Shown here: positions 18,691 through 29,372 of the stretch, in pieces | Layout of the letters: each line of letters begins with the position of its first letter | Numbering within the stretch: the first letter of the stretch is position 1 | DNA from: a bacterium | GTDB lineage: Bacteria > Zixibacteria > MSB-5A5 > GN15 > FEB-12 | Reading direction: 5' to 3' | DNA: 64,000 nt | Assembly: GCA_020444475.1 (NCBI GenBank) | Contig: JAHLKV010000004.1 | Coordinates: 6,494 to 70,493, forward strand | Notes under the pieces: model-generated | The model's database searches: none | What the model saw: the letters and a program-made list of their open reading frames with translations, nothing else | What the model was told of the DNA's origin: nothing | Program-made: the position numbers and the translations under genes

Positions 18691-19983
18691 GTGAATATCA
18701 GCAAGCAGGTCAGTCTCAATCTTGATGTAAGAGGGCTTGAGCAATCGGCGACTATTGCTATCAACGATCGCAGCCGACGACTGCAGAGCGAGGGAGCGAC
18801 GGTGTACCGTCTCGGCCTGGGGCAGTCGCCGTTTCCGGTGCCGCTTCCGGTGGTTGAGTCGCTGAAGCTGCACGCGCATCAGAAAGACTATCTGCCGGCG
18901 TACGGCCATCCGGAACTGCGGGAGGCGGTTGCCGAATTCCACCGTCGCCACGACGGAGTGGACGCTTCGGCGAGTAATGTCCTGGTAGGCCCCGGATCGA
19001 AGGAGCTGATGTTCCTGCTCCAGCTTGTGTACTATGGCGAGTTGATGGTGCCCAGCCCGTGCTGGGTATCGTATATCCCGCAGGCGAAGATTCTGGGTCG
19101 GAAGACCTCGCTGATCCACACCCGCTATGTCGATCAATGGCGTGTGACCGCCGAGCACCTGGAGCGTGAGTGCTCGAAGGAGAAAGACAAGTATCGGCCG
19201 CGCATATTGATTTTGAACTATCCGGGCAATCCCGACGGTGGTACGTACACATCGGATGAACTCAAGGAGATCGCGGAGGTTGCCCGCACGTATCAGTTGA
19301 TTCTCCTGTCGGATGAGATCTACGGGCAGCTGGATCACGAGGGGACGCATGTCTCGGTAGCGCGGTATTATCCCGAGGGGACAATCGTGAGTTCGGGGCT
19401 TTCGAAGTGGTGCGGTGCGGGGGGCTGGCGGTTAGGGACGTTCACCTTTCCTTCGGATTTGGACTGGCTGTTGGAGTCGATGGCAGCCGTTGCCAGTGAA
19501 ACGTACACATCGGTGAGCGCACCGATCCAGTGTGCGGCGATCCGGGCGTTTCGCGGGGGTACGGTGATCGAACGATATCTGTATCATGCACGCCGAATCC
19601 TGAAATCGTTGGGGCAGGAGTGTGCACGGAAACTGAATGCGGCCGATATCAGGGTGCATCCGCCGACCGGTGCGTTCTACCTCTTCCTGGACTTCTCGCC
19701 ATTGACATCCAAGCTGGAGGCCCGTGGTATAACCGACAGTGTGACGTTGTGTGAGCGGCTGCTGGCCGATACCGGGGTGGCGATCCTGCCCGGGGAGTCG
19801 TTCGCGCGGCCGCTGGAAGAGCTGACCGCCCGAATGGCGTACGTCGATTTCGACGGTGCTCGAGCGTTGACGGCGAGTGAAGCCATCCCGGCCGATGAGC
19901 CGCTCCCGGAAGATTTCAATCGTCACTGGTGTTACAATGTCGTGCACGCCATCGACCTGATCACCGAGTGGGCCAATCAGTAG
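18691..19983 (+). CDS. Class I/II PLP-dependent aminotransferase (aspartate-aminotransferase-like)
   Basis: GTG 18691 is preceded by GGAGG. N-terminus VNISKQV..., PLP-lysine motif SGLSKWCGAGGWRLG, NYPGNPDG. The ORF track starts at GTG 18589 in the same frame. Confidence 0.85.
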   Translation: MNISKQVSLNLDVRGLEQSATIAINDRSRRLQSEGATVYRLGLGQSPFPVPLPVVESLKLHAHQKDYLPAYGHPELREAVAEFHRRHDGVDASASNVLVGPGSKELMFLLQLVYYGELMVPSPCWVSYIPQAKILGRKTSLIHTRYVDQWRVTAEHLERECSKEKDKYRPRILILNYPGNPDGGTYTSDELKEIAEVARTYQLILLSDEIYGQLDHEGTHVSVARYYPEGTIVSSGLSKWCGAGGWRLGTFTFPSDLDWLLESMAAVASETYTSVSAPIQCAAIRAFRGGTVIERYLYHARRILKSLGQECARKLNAADIRVHPPTGAFYLFLDFSPLTSKLEARGITDSVTLCERLLADTGVAILPGESFARPLEELTARMAYVDFDGARALTASEAIPADEPLPEDFNRHWCYNVVHAIDLITEWANQ

Positions 19984-21002
19984 CTCCCTTCGGTTATCTT
20001 CACCTTACCCCGGAAGATCCAGTAGATACTGGCAGTATAGGCAATCACCATCGGCATACCACAAACGGCGATGATCAGCATTATCTTCAGCGTCTTCTGC
20101 GACGATGCCGAGTTGTAGATAGTCAGGCTATTGGCAGCCTCGGGCGCCGAATAGATCAGATCCGGAAACATCCCCACACCAAACAACGCCAGCAGGGCCG
20201 CGACTGCCGCGCACGAAGAGAGGAAGGCGCGGAAATTGCGTTTGAGATGGATTTCGCGCGGGATGTTTGCGATCGCCAGCATGTTGGCCAGTGGCAGAAG
20301 GAAGAGGATCGGGTTGTCGCGGATGTTATCCGTCATGTGCGGAACATACAAGAGCGTTACCATGGTGGTGGTCGCATAGCAGACGATGAAGAAGATGATG
20401 GTGTTGTTAATCCAGCCGCGAATCTTGGCCTGCAGTTCCCCTTCGGTTTTCATCACCACGTAGATGGCGCCGTGCATCATGAACAGGGCGACGGTCGTGA
20501 TGCCGACGAGAATCGGATAGGGCGTGAGCAGGCCGAAAAACGTTCCGGCAAACTCACCGTCGGCATCGATTGGAACACCCCAGGCGATATTGCCGAGAGC
20601 GACACCGATCAACAACGATGAGAGAATGCTCGAGACCGAGAAGCTGACATCCCACATCTTCCGCCACCACGCCATCGGTTGCTTACTTCGGAAGTCGATC
20701 GCGACGGCGCGGAAGATCAGCCCCACCAGCAGGAGCATCATGGCGAGATAGAAGCCGGAGAAGGCGGTTGCGTAGACATCGGGGAAAGCCGCAAACAGGG
20801 CGCCGCCGCCGGTGACGAGCCAGACTTCGTTACCGTCCCACACCGGGCCGATGGCGTTGATCATGATGCGTCGTTCGAGGTCCGTTTTCGTGAACAGGTG
20901 AAGGGCGCCGACACCGAGGTCGAAGCCGTCGAGGATGGCATAGCCGGTCAGCAGGACGCCGATCAGCAGGAACCAGATCGTATTGAGATCGAATGTAATC
21001 AT
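19977..21002 (-). CDS. cydB: Cytochrome bd ubiquinol oxidase subunit II
   Basis: 341 aa. LNTIWFLLIGVLLTGYAILDGFDLGVGAL. Start overlaps the cydA stop (ATGA). Confidence 0.95.
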   Translation of the reverse strand: MITFDLNTIWFLLIGVLLTGYAILDGFDLGVGALHLFTKTDLERRIMINAIGPVWDGNEVWLVTGGGALFAAFPDVYATAFSGFYLAMMLLLVGLIFRAVAIDFRSKQPMAWWRKMWDVSFSVSSILSSLLIGVALGNIAWGVPIDADGEFAGTFFGLLTPYPILVGITTVALFMMHGAIYVVMKTEGELQAKIRGWINNTIIFFIVCYATTTMVTLLYVPHMTDNIRDNPILFLLPLANMLAIANIPREIHLKRNFRAFLSSCAAVAALLALFGVGMFPDLIYSAPEAANSLTIYNSASSQKTLKIMLIIAVCGMPMVIAYTASIYWIFRGKVKITEGSY

Positions 21003-22357
21003 GCCAAATGTCCCTCCACCATTTCTGGCTCATCGGGGCCGTGCTGAATCTTCTCGTTCAACAAGTAGATGAACAGCACGAAGAGGAGCAGGTAGATCAA
21101 TCCGAACAGGATCAAAGAGATCAGAACATCGCCGGCGGTTATCGATTTGGACAGGGCGTCTTCGGTTCGAAGCAACCCGTACACAATCCACGGTTGACGA
21201 CCGACCTCGGCGGTGAACCAGCCGAGCTGGTTGGCGGCCTGCGGAAGCAGGACGGAAAAAACGAGCACCCAGAGGAACCATCGCTTCTCCGGCAGGCTGT
21301 TGCGGAGCCAGAAGAGAAGTGACACCAACGACAGTAGAATCAACAGCATGCCGATTCCGACCATGAGGTGGTAGCTTTGGAAAACGGCGTTTACCGGCGG
21401 GCGGTCCTCGGGTGCGAAAGCCTTGAGCCCGGTAACGGGTGCTTCGGTATTGCCGTGTACCAGGAAGCTCAGGAAGCCGGGGATCTCCAGTCCGGACGTT
21501 GTTTCGTTGTTTTCATTGACCCAGCCGAACAGATACATGCCGGCCGGGGCGTGCGCCGGATAATGTCCTTCGAATGCCGCCAGCTTGGCGGGCTGTGTCT
21601 CGGCGACTGTCGAGGCGCTGGAGTGGCCGGTGACCAGTTGCAGCAGAGATGCGACGACGGCGATGACGATCGCGATCTTCATCGAGCCGAAGGCGAAGTC
21701 GCGATACTTCCTCTTGAGCAGGTAGAAGGCGCTCACACTCAGTACGAAAAAGGCGGCGGCCTGCCAGGCGCCCATGTAGGTGTGGCTTATCCGGTCAAGA
21801 AATGATGGATTGAAGACCACCTGCCAGAAGTCGACTATTTCTGCGCGGGCCTGGTCGCCGAGGCCTACGATGTGATGTCCGGTCGGTGTCTGTTGCCAGG
21901 AATTGGCGACGACGATCCAGATGGCCGAGAAGTGGGCGCCGAAGCAGACAAGGATGGTCGCGACGAAGTGCGTGGTCGGCTTCACTTTGTCCCAGCCGAA
22001 AAGCAGGATGGCGAGGAAGCCCGACTCGAGGAAGAAAGCGAACACTCCTTCGGCGGCCAGAGCACTGCCGAAGACATCGCCGACGTATCGTGAGTACGTG
22101 GCCCAGTTGGTACCGAACTGAAACTCCATGACGATGCCAGTGGCGACGCCGAGGGCAAAGATCAGTCCAAATATCTTCACCCAGAAACGGGTCATGCGAT
22201 GATACAGCTCGTTTTTCGTCTTGAGATAGATTCCCTCGGAGATAACCAGGAAGAGGCCCAGTCCGATACTCAGGGGAGGGAAGAGGTAGTGAAAGCCGAT
22301 GGTGAACCCGAATTGGATTCGTGACAGCATCTCGAAGTCCATAGACTCAGTCTCCAC
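20999..22357 (-). CDS. cydA: Cytochrome bd ubiquinol oxidase subunit I
   Basis: 452 aa. [25 protein letters not shown] and the [13 protein letters not shown] signature. Confidence 0.95.
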   Translation of the reverse strand: METESMDFEMLSRIQFGFTIGFHYLFPPLSIGLGLFLVISEGIYLKTKNELYHRMTRFWVKIFGLIFALGVATGIVMEFQFGTNWATYSRYVGDVFGSALAAEGVFAFFLESGFLAILLFGWDKVKPTTHFVATILVCFGAHFSAIWIVVANSWQQTPTGHHIVGLGDQARAEIVDFWQVVFNPSFLDRISHTYMGAWQAAAFFVLSVSAFYLLKRKYRDFAFGSMKIAIVIAVVASLLQLVTGHSSASTVAETQPAKLAAFEGHYPAHAPAGMYLFGWVNENNETTSGLEIPGFLSFLVHGNTEAPVTGLKAFAPEDRPPVNAVFQSYHLMVGIGMLLILLSLVSLLFWLRNSLPEKRWFLWVLVFSVLLPQAANQLGWFTAEVGRQPWIVYGLLRTEDALSKSITAGDVLISLILFGLIYLLLFVLFIYLLNEKIQHGPDEPEMVEGHLA

Positions 22358-22528
22358 ATGTCTACCGTCCCGTCCCAGGTCGGGGCGATGTATTTTGTGA
22401 GTCTATGGTGCGGCCTAAACCGTGGAGCGTCAAGTGCAAAAGATATCGACGCAGGAGGCGGCTTTCACCGAATGAAATGAATGGTAAGATGAATTGCGAC
22501 GATCAAGAGAGAGAGATGGTCTCCGGTA

Positions 22529-23464
22529 TCATTGCGCCGACGACGTGGTCAACTCGGCGGTCGCGAATCTTAAGTAGTCGGGGCGTTCCGCTATAGTGCC
22601 ATAATCCTGCCGCTTAACAACGCGCCCTTCGCTGATCAGAACCATTCCCGGCATCTGCAGACCGTCACCTTCCAGTTCGCCAACCCCGTGCCCCTCGCCG
22701 AAAATCGCCTGCAGCCCACGCCACCACACCGAGGGGGCGATGAATTGACCGAGCGTTGCACGTCTCAGGTCGAATGCGCGATACAGCCGGCGGGAGGGAT
22801 CGCTGACGTGGTCAACGCCCTGCAATCCGTACGATCGAAGGACCTGTTTCGCTCGTTCATCGGTACTCATGTGAACGACGACCGGTCGCACCCCGGCTGA
22901 CTCGAGTCGGTCGCGAACGTCGGCCAGGTCAGTAAGCGCCTCTCTACAGAAGGAGCATCCGAAGTGGCGGAGAAAAACGAGCAGCACGGGCGCACGATGT
23001 GACAGGTCAGTTAATGAGAGACAGCAGGTGGTGCGAGATCCGCTGAGAGCGGCTTCGGGGGTAGCAAACTGGATCGAGAGATCGGGCTCTGCGATGGTGC
23101 TGCCTCGCGCAGCCTCGGCGAGTATGATGACGAACGGCGCCCACCATATAATGTCATTGGGGATAGTCATGAGTCCCCAGGAGAGAGGTACACTGCCCTG
23201 CCACCAGAACCACAGGAAGCCGAATGGGCTGGCTATCTTGCCGACCAGTCCGATCAGAACGAGGGGCCAGTGGCGCAGAGGATTCGTAGCCGCGATACCG
23301 TAGCCCAGTCCGAAAATACCGATCATCAGGCCGATTCCCTGCCAGAGAAAGAGATCGCGAGGAACCCCCATCCCGAACAGGGTAAATACCTGGGAGGGGA
23401 AGAAAATCGACCAGGCGGCAAAGAGCACATTGTATAGAGCCGCCGCCAGCAATACATGACGCAT
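22529..23464 (-). CDS. Membrane-anchored peroxiredoxin-like (AhpC/TSA_2-type) redox protein
   Basis: N-terminal ~4 TM region, C-terminal thioredoxin fold with LLVFLRHFGCSFCREAL. ATG 23464 (MRHVLLAAALYNV) preferred; the ORF-track start 23686 is a TTG that adds 74 non-descript residues. Confidence 0.7.
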   Translation of the reverse strand: MRHVLLAAALYNVLFAAWSIFFPSQVFTLFGMGVPRDLFLWQGIGLMIGIFGLGYGIAATNPLRHWPLVLIGLVGKIASPFGFLWFWWQGSVPLSWGLMTIPNDIIWWAPFVIILAEAARGSTIAEPDLSIQFATPEAALSGSRTTCCLSLTDLSHRAPVLLVFLRHFGCSFCREALTDLADVRDRLESAGVRPVVVHMSTDERAKQVLRSYGLQGVDHVSDPSRRLYRAFDLRRATLGQFIAPSVWWRGLQAIFGEGHGVGELEGDGLQMPGMVLISEGRVVKRQDYGTIAERPDYLRFATAELTTSSAQ

Positions 23465-23845
23465 CCAGCGGGGGGCGGCTCCTGGGGGTGGGTTTTTTGA
23501 AATCACGAACGCATTTCCTGTCGAGATTGTCCTGATTGGCCGTATTCCGGTTCCGCTTGTAAAACGATCCAATTGGAGTCCGGTTCCCGAAAGAGGCGAG
23601 ATCTCGCCGCCGGAGAGCGTCGCCAGTAGTTGTTCACAAACTGGACAAGCCGGGCGGGAGCGATCGAGCCCGGATCGCCTAAACAACCGACGGGGTGCTT
23701 CCGATACTTCTCTTAAGTACTAACTCCGGGGTTCGTATGCACATCCACGGCCCCCGGGCGGTTGGTTCGGCGGGGATGCTGGTGACCCCGCTCTTTGACG
23801 CCTGCCGGGCATTATGGGACGCGTTAGAACGAGAAAGGCCGAGTC

Positions 23846-26509
23846 ATGTTTACCCCTGGGGGGCACACTACAGACGCAGTCGAGGCGCAGTTTTCGTCCT
23901 GGGATTCGCCGGATCGCTGGCGACTTCTGGTTCAGGATTTCCCCGGCCTGTTGCTGGTTGTCGATCCTGAAGGCCGGATTCTGGTGAGCAACTATCACTC
24001 CCAGGAACTTCCTCACGCACCGGCATCAGGTCGGAGTCTCTGGCCCGCCATTAGCAATCGATTCCGTGATCAGATAGAAGAAGCCGTCGCGGTCGTTCAG
24101 GCGACCGGTGACATACGGCAGCTCGAGTTCCAGCTGTCCGGACCCGAAACGGCGCCGTGGTTCAGCGCGACGCTGGGACCGGTTCGTGAGGATGGCCGGA
24201 TCATGGCGGTTGCACTCGCCTGTTCGGACATAACGAAGTACAAGCGTCAGGAGGCTGAGCGTCAGGCGAATGAGAGCAAGTATCGCCTGCTGGCCGAAAG
24301 TTCAACGGATATCGTGCTCCGGAGCACAATAGATGGGGTCCTGAACTACATCTCCCCCGCGTGCCAGGCGATAGTTGGATACAGCCAGGCCGAACTGGTC
24401 GGCCAGAATGCTTTTGATTACGTACATCCGGACGACGTTGGGGCGGTTCGTGCGTTAGTCGCTGAGCTTCGCGATGCCGGCGATCAGCGACGCCTGGAGT
24501 TCCGGGTTCAGCATCGCACGGATGGTCACCGTTGGGTTGAGACGACGGTCCGCCGGGTGCACACCGATCGCGACAACGCTCCCGAACTCATATGCAGCGT
24601 CCGGGACATTTCCCGACGGCATGCCACGCTGGAGGCGCTGCGGGAGTCGGAAGCGCGCTATCGTTCGGTGATCGAGGGTTCGCCGATGGGGATGCATTTC
24701 TACGAGGTTAACGAACAGGACGAATTGATTTTCGTGGGGGCCAATCGGGCCGCCGATCTGCAACTCGACATCGCGCACAAGAGACTTGTCGGGCAACCCA
24801 TCCTCGAGGCTTTTCCCGGACTGGCCGAGACCGATATCCCGCAGAATTACCTTCGGGTCGCCCTGCACGGCGGCGACTACCATATCGAACAATCCCGGTA
24901 TGAGGATGCGGTGATCAAGGGCATCTACGAGGTTCACGCGTTTCAATCGACACCGCGTCGTTTATCCGTCATGTTTCTTGATGTGACTGACGTGCGCATG
25001 GCCATTGATGCGATCAGAGAGAGCGAAGAGAAGTTCCGTGAGATCGCCGAACTTCTGCCGGTAGGGGTGTACGAGACGGATAGCGACGGCAGAGTTACGT
25101 ATGTCAACAACCAGACGATGGCGTATTTCGGTCTCACCGAAAAGGACCTCAATGAAGGCTACAGCATACTTGATATCTTCAGCGCCGAAGATCGTATTCG
25201 TGCCGGCCGTAATCTTCGCCGTCTCCTGACCGGGGGGCGAACCAGCTGCAACGAATATCTGGTGCTGAGGAAGGACGGGACCAAATTCCCGGCTCGCTTT
25301 CATTCAACCTGTATCGTGCGGGACGGTAATCTGTGTGGCATCAGAGGTGTTTTGCACGACATCTCCGAGGAAAAGCGGCGCGAAGCGGAAGCGATTCGGT
25401 CGCAGAAGCTGGCGTCGGTCGGCGTGCTGGCCGGTGGTATCGCTCATGATTTCAACAATCTGCTCACGGGAATCCTGGGTAACGTGACGCTCGCCGCTCA
25501 CGATCTCCCGGCGGGCGACGAGCGACTCCAGCGCCTCCTGGATGCTGAACGGGCGGTCGATCGTGCCCGGGTGCTTACGTCGCAGTTGCTGACGTTCGCA
25601 GCCGGCGGTGATCCGGTCAAAAAGCAGGCGGACCTTCGCGGTCTGCTCGAGAGCGCCGTGCTGCGAACGGCGCAGGGAATGCATATCGATGTGGATCTGC
25701 ATATCCCGGAGCAGCTCCCGCCGATCGAAGTGGACGCCGAACAGATGGGGCAAGTTATGCATAACCTGCTCAAAAACGCCGGAGAAGCCATGCCCGACGG
25801 AGGCACGGTGGTTGTGTCGATCAGTACCGGCGAGGGCCAGGGCGGCGTTCCGACAGTGGTGATTGCGTTGGAAGATGAGGGGTGTGGAATAGAGGCCGAT
25901 GTCCTCCCGCACATTTTTGATCCGTATTACACGACCAAAGAGGGGCGTCTGGGACTTGGATTGGCCACGGCGTACTCAATCATAGCCAAGCACGGCGGTC
26001 GCATAACGGTAGAGTCGGAGGCGGGAAAAGGCGCCGTGTTCACAGTCGAGATTCCCACGCTGCAGTCTGTCGACAAGCCTCCTCGTCCGGCCGATGTTCC
26101 CCTGCGGGCGGGCTCGGTCAGGAAAATACTCGTGATGGATGATGAGTCATTCATCCGCGACCTGACCACACGTATCCTCAAGCGGCACGGTTGGAAAGTC
26201 GAGTGCGTTGCGGATGGACACGAGGCGATCCGGTTGTATCGCGCCGCTCTTAGGTCGGACGAGCCGTTCGATCTCGTTATACTCGATCTGACTATCCCGA
26301 ATGGACTAGGGGGCAAGGACACGATCGCCGAACTGCGCGCTATAGATCCGGGGGTACGGGCGATAGTCTGCAGCGGGTACTCGAATGATCCGGTGTTGGC
26401 GAACTACCAGAACTACGGTTTCGCCGGAATCGTCGCCAAGCCGTACCGCCCGGACGAGCTGATTCGTGTGGCTCATGACGTCTTGGCTGACAACGCGGTC
26501 GTGGTCTGA
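23846..26509 (+). CDS. Hybrid sensor histidine kinase (multiple PAS, HisKA, HATPase, C-terminal receiver)
   Basis: 887 aa. H-box GGIAHDFNNLLTGILGN; N/G boxes MHNLLKNAGEAM, EDEGCGI, GLGLATAYSII; REC domain ILVMDDE...DLVILDLTIPNGLGG...AKPY. No TM segment. Confidence 0.9.
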   Translation: MFTPGGHTTDAVEAQFSSWDSPDRWRLLVQDFPGLLLVVDPEGRILVSNYHSQELPHAPASGRSLWPAISNRFRDQIEEAVAVVQATGDIRQLEFQLSGPETAPWFSATLGPVREDGRIMAVALACSDITKYKRQEAERQANESKYRLLAESSTDIVLRSTIDGVLNYISPACQAIVGYSQAELVGQNAFDYVHPDDVGAVRALVAELRDAGDQRRLEFRVQHRTDGHRWVETTVRRVHTDRDNAPELICSVRDISRRHATLEALRESEARYRSVIEGSPMGMHFYEVNEQDELIFVGANRAADLQLDIAHKRLVGQPILEAFPGLAETDIPQNYLRVALHGGDYHIEQSRYEDAVIKGIYEVHAFQSTPRRLSVMFLDVTDVRMAIDAIRESEEKFREIAELLPVGVYETDSDGRVTYVNNQTMAYFGLTEKDLNEGYSILDIFSAEDRIRAGRNLRRLLTGGRTSCNEYLVLRKDGTKFPARFHSTCIVRDGNLCGIRGVLHDISEEKRREAEAIRSQKLASVGVLAGGIAHDFNNLLTGILGNVTLAAHDLPAGDERLQRLLDAERAVDRARVLTSQLLTFAAGGDPVKKQADLRGLLESAVLRTAQGMHIDVDLHIPEQLPPIEVDAEQMGQVMHNLLKNAGEAMPDGGTVVVSISTGEGQGGVPTVVIALEDEGCGIEADVLPHIFDPYYTTKEGRLGLGLATAYSIIAKHGGRITVESEAGKGAVFTVEIPTLQSVDKPPRPADVPLRAGSVRKILVMDDESFIRDLTTRILKRHGWKVECVADGHEAIRLYRAALRSDEPFDLVILDLTIPNGLGGKDTIAELRAIDPGVRAIVCSGYSNDPVLANYQNYGFAGIVAKPYRPDELIRVAHDVLADNAVVV

Positions 26510-26606
26510 TCATCGAATCCCGTCAGCACGTTCCGTCATCCCCGTTTTTCCATCTCTTCTCCAATCCTCATGCGTGGCGAAATCCGGACGGACTTTCCCT
26601 CTGAGA

Positions 26607-26620
26607 TTGACTTAAGTCAA
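26607..26620. promoter_or_regulatory. Crp/Fnr-type box TTGAC-TTAA-GTCAA
   Basis: Perfect 14-bp palindrome, 73 nt upstream of the barrel gene start. Same arms as the box at 31609..31622. Confidence 0.6.
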
Positions 26621-26693
26621 GTTCCGGCAACCGTCATACGCCGATCTTTCATACAAAGGTATCAGGCAAACATCAACTACCACCCGGTGGTGT

Positions 26694-27977
26694 GTGAGGG
26701 AGTGTATGATTGGTCGTATAATGTTGGCGTCGGTGGGTTTGTGTCTGTGTCTGGCAGGAGCACCGGGGGTTTCGGCCGAAACCGAGGTGACAGTCAGCGG
26801 GCAGGTTCGAGCGCGTTCCGAAGTGGAACGGCGTTCTTACGAGACCGATGCCAGGACGAATGACTTCTCGGTGCTGCGAACGCGTCTGGCAATCAAAGCC
26901 TCAGCGGACAGTAATGTGGCGGCGTTCATTCAGTTTCAGGACAGTCGGGAGTTGGGAGGAGTAGATCTTCGCGGTAACGCCAATTCCGGTACCCTCAACA
27001 ACGGCGCCAATGTCGACATTCATCAGGCATACCTGCAGGTGGAGCAGCTCTGGGAGAACGGTCCGGGTCTTCGGGCAGGGCGGTTCGAGGTCAACCTCGG
27101 CAATCAGCGCGTGTTCGGATCGGTCGGGTGGAGCAATGTCGGCCGGTCCTGGGAAGGCCTGTGGCTCTGGTGTTCGCTCGACGAGGTGATGTTCGGCGGC
27201 TACTGGTTGAAGAAGATGACCGACACATCGACCGCGATCGATTCGGAGTTCGATGTTCTCGGAGTCACGGCGGATATCAAGAAGGCCGGATTGCAGCTGC
27301 TCGCATTTTACGAAAGCGACGAATCCTCGCAGTATTCGCAGTCTGCAGATTCGGATATCAACGCTCTGGACCGATTCTCAACCGGCGCCTATTTCAATCG
27401 GGTGTGGCGATCGCTCGATATCACGGCCAACGCCGTCTATCAGTTCGGCAACCGACGCGTCGGCGCCGACTCGAGCACGTACGGGGAGGTGGATATCGCG
27501 GCATTTCTGCTTGCCGCCGAGATCGGTTATTCCTTTGAGTGCTCCTCCAAACCGCGTCTGGCTTTCGGGATCGATTACACGTCGGGAGACAGCGACGGTG
27601 ACGACGATACGTGGAAGGCATACGACAATCTCTATTACACCGGTCACGCCTTCCGTGGCTACATGGATTACTTCATCGGATCCGGACCGGCCGGACTGGT
27701 CGATGCGATGCTGCGCGTCAGCTGGCTGCCGCTGGCCGGATGGACGGTTAAGGCTGATGTGCACTATTTCCAGACGGCAGCCGATTATGTGGATTTCCAG
27801 AATCAATCGACGAAGGATGTTGGGACCGAGATCGACCTGACGGTCTCAACGAAGCGAATCGCCGGGGTGACACTTTCCGGCGGGGGATCGCTGTTTGCGC
27901 CCAGTGAGTCGTTCGCCGGGGTGGAGAACCCGAAGACCGGGTTGTGGGGCTTTTTGATGTTGACGGCGGACTTCTGA
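26694..27977 (+). CDS. Outer-membrane beta-barrel, alginate-export (AlgE-like) family
   Basis: Signal peptide (MLASVGLCLCLAGAPGVSA). VSGQVRARSE..., LRTRLAIKA, VDIHQAYLQVE...GRFEVNLGNQRVFGSVGWSNVGRSWEG are family-typical. C-terminal ...GFLMLTADF. The start is ambiguous (GTG 26694 / ATG 26706 / ATG 26721). Confidence 0.75.
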   Translation: MRECMIGRIMLASVGLCLCLAGAPGVSAETEVTVSGQVRARSEVERRSYETDARTNDFSVLRTRLAIKASADSNVAAFIQFQDSRELGGVDLRGNANSGTLNNGANVDIHQAYLQVEQLWENGPGLRAGRFEVNLGNQRVFGSVGWSNVGRSWEGLWLWCSLDEVMFGGYWLKKMTDTSTAIDSEFDVLGVTADIKKAGLQLLAFYESDESSQYSQSADSDINALDRFSTGAYFNRVWRSLDITANAVYQFGNRRVGADSSTYGEVDIAAFLLAAEIGYSFECSSKPRLAFGIDYTSGDSDGDDDTWKAYDNLYYTGHAFRGYMDYFIGSGPAGLVDAMLRVSWLPLAGWTVKADVHYFQTAADYVDFQNQSTKDVGTEIDLTVSTKRIAGVTLSGGGSLFAPSESFAGVENPKTGLWGFLMLTADF

Positions 27978-28028
27978 TCAGCCAATCGTATGTGATGATG
28001 AACGTATGTAGATACAAGGAGAGCTGAG

Positions 28029-29372
28029 ATGCGAGTATTGGTGAAACTGGTGGTCGGGCTGGTGGCGGTGGTTGTGCTTTCTGCTCCGTCGTTCGGTCAA
28101 ACGCAGGCTGAGGTGGCCGGCAAATGCATGACCTGCCACAAAGAGAAATCACCCGGTCTGTACAAGCAGTGGTATATGAGCAAACATGGTGAGCACAAGG
28201 TGACGTGTATCGACTGTCACGGAGCCCAGAAGGGGGACGTTGACGGGTTTATGCATTACGATGGGTTCATCGCCACGCTGGTGACGCCGAAGGACTGTGC
28301 GCGATGCCATGAGAAGGAGGCCACCGAAGTGCAGGCGTCGTACCACGCCAGTGCCGGGCAGATTCTTGAGTCCAATGATGCCTATCTCGCTCACGTGACG
28401 GCCGGATCACCGGTGGCGATCATGGGGTGTGAGAGTTGTCACGGGGGCAAGGTCAGGATCGATCCGAATTCGCCGAACAAACTCGACCAAAAGAGCTGGC
28501 CGAACTCCGGTATCGGCAGGATCAACCCCGATGGCTCGCTTGGCTCCTGCAATGCCTGCCACACGCGGCACAGTTTCGACAAGGCGCAGGCGCGTCAGCC
28601 GGAGGCGTGCTCCAAGTGCCATCTCGGTCCGGATCATCCGCAGAAAGAGGTGTACGAAGAGTCGAAACACGGGAACGCCTACTACACCAATGTCGATGAG
28701 ATGAATCTTCACTCGGATTCGTGGGTGGTGGGGGTTGACTATCATATTGCGCCTACCTGTGCGACCTGTCATATGTCCGCGACGGTGAATCAGAAAGCGA
28801 CGCACGATGTCGGTCAGCGTATCAGCTGGACGCTTCGTCCGGTAGTCTCGATCAAGAAGGAGAACTGGAAAGCGAAGCGGGCCAATATGAAGGATGTCTG
28901 CACGTCGTGTCACGGGCAGGCGTTTGCCGACGGACATTACTACCAGTTTGACGCCGTGGTCGAGCTGTACAACGAGAAATTCGCCAAGCCGGCGAGCGAT
29001 ATCATGAAGCTGGTCTACGACAGCAAGGTGCTGGAAAACCAGGCCAGTTTCGGCAACGATATCGAGTGGACGTACTGGGAGCTGTGGCACCACGAAGGAC
29101 GCCGCGCGCGGCACGGCGCCGCCATGATGGGGCCCGACTATACGTGGTGGCACGGCATGTACGAAGTTGTCCAGCACTTCTATTTCAAGCTCATACCGCA
29201 GGCGCGGGAGTTCGACAATCCGGCGATTAACGCGCATATCGACAGCCTGTTGACGAATGATCCGATGCATGCCTGGATCAACAAGGAAACTTCGGGCCTG
29301 AAGAAGTCGATCCGCGACGGCCAGATGCAGAAGATGTACGAGGTCTTTTTTGAGAACAGGCAGGGGAACTAG
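28029..29372 (+). CDS. Periplasmic octahaem cytochrome c, hydroxylamine-oxidoreductase (HAO) family
   Basis: 447 aa. AAGGAG RBS and signal peptide. Exactly eight CXXCH (CMTCH, CIDCH, CARCH, CESCH, CNACH, CSKCH, CATCH, CTSCH). HAO-like landmarks CNACHTRHSF, CSKCHLGPDHPQKEVYEESKHG, CTSCHGQAFADGHYYQFD. Confidence 0.75.
   Translation: MRVLVKLVVGLVAVVVLSAPSFGQTQAEVAGKCMTCHKEKSPGLYKQWYMSKHGEHKVTCIDCHGAQKGDVDGFMHYDGFIATLVTPKDCARCHEKEATEVQASYHASAGQILESNDAYLAHVTAGSPVAIMGCESCHGGKVRIDPNSPNKLDQKSWPNSGIGRINPDGSLGSCNACHTRHSFDKAQARQPEACSKCHLGPDHPQKEVYEESKHGNAYYTNVDEMNLHSDSWVVGVDYHIAPTCATCHMSATVNQKATHDVGQRISWTLRPVVSIKKENWKAKRANMKDVCTSCHGQAFADGHYYQFDAVVELYNEKFAKPASDIMKLVYDSKVLENQASFGNDIEWTYWELWHHEGRRARHGAAMMGPDYTWWHGMYEVVQHFYFKLIPQAREFDNPAINAHIDSLLTNDPMHAWINKETSGLKKSIRDGQMQKMYEVFFENRQGN

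Noticed and set aside
23465-23686. N-terminal 74-codon extension of the peroxiredoxin-like gene, containing a CPVC pair (possible zinc ribbon)
   Set aside because: It depends on a TTG start without an RBS, and the segment is low-complexity (G/S/T/P-rich). ATG 23464 directly precedes the first TM helix. An ortholog comparison would settle it.
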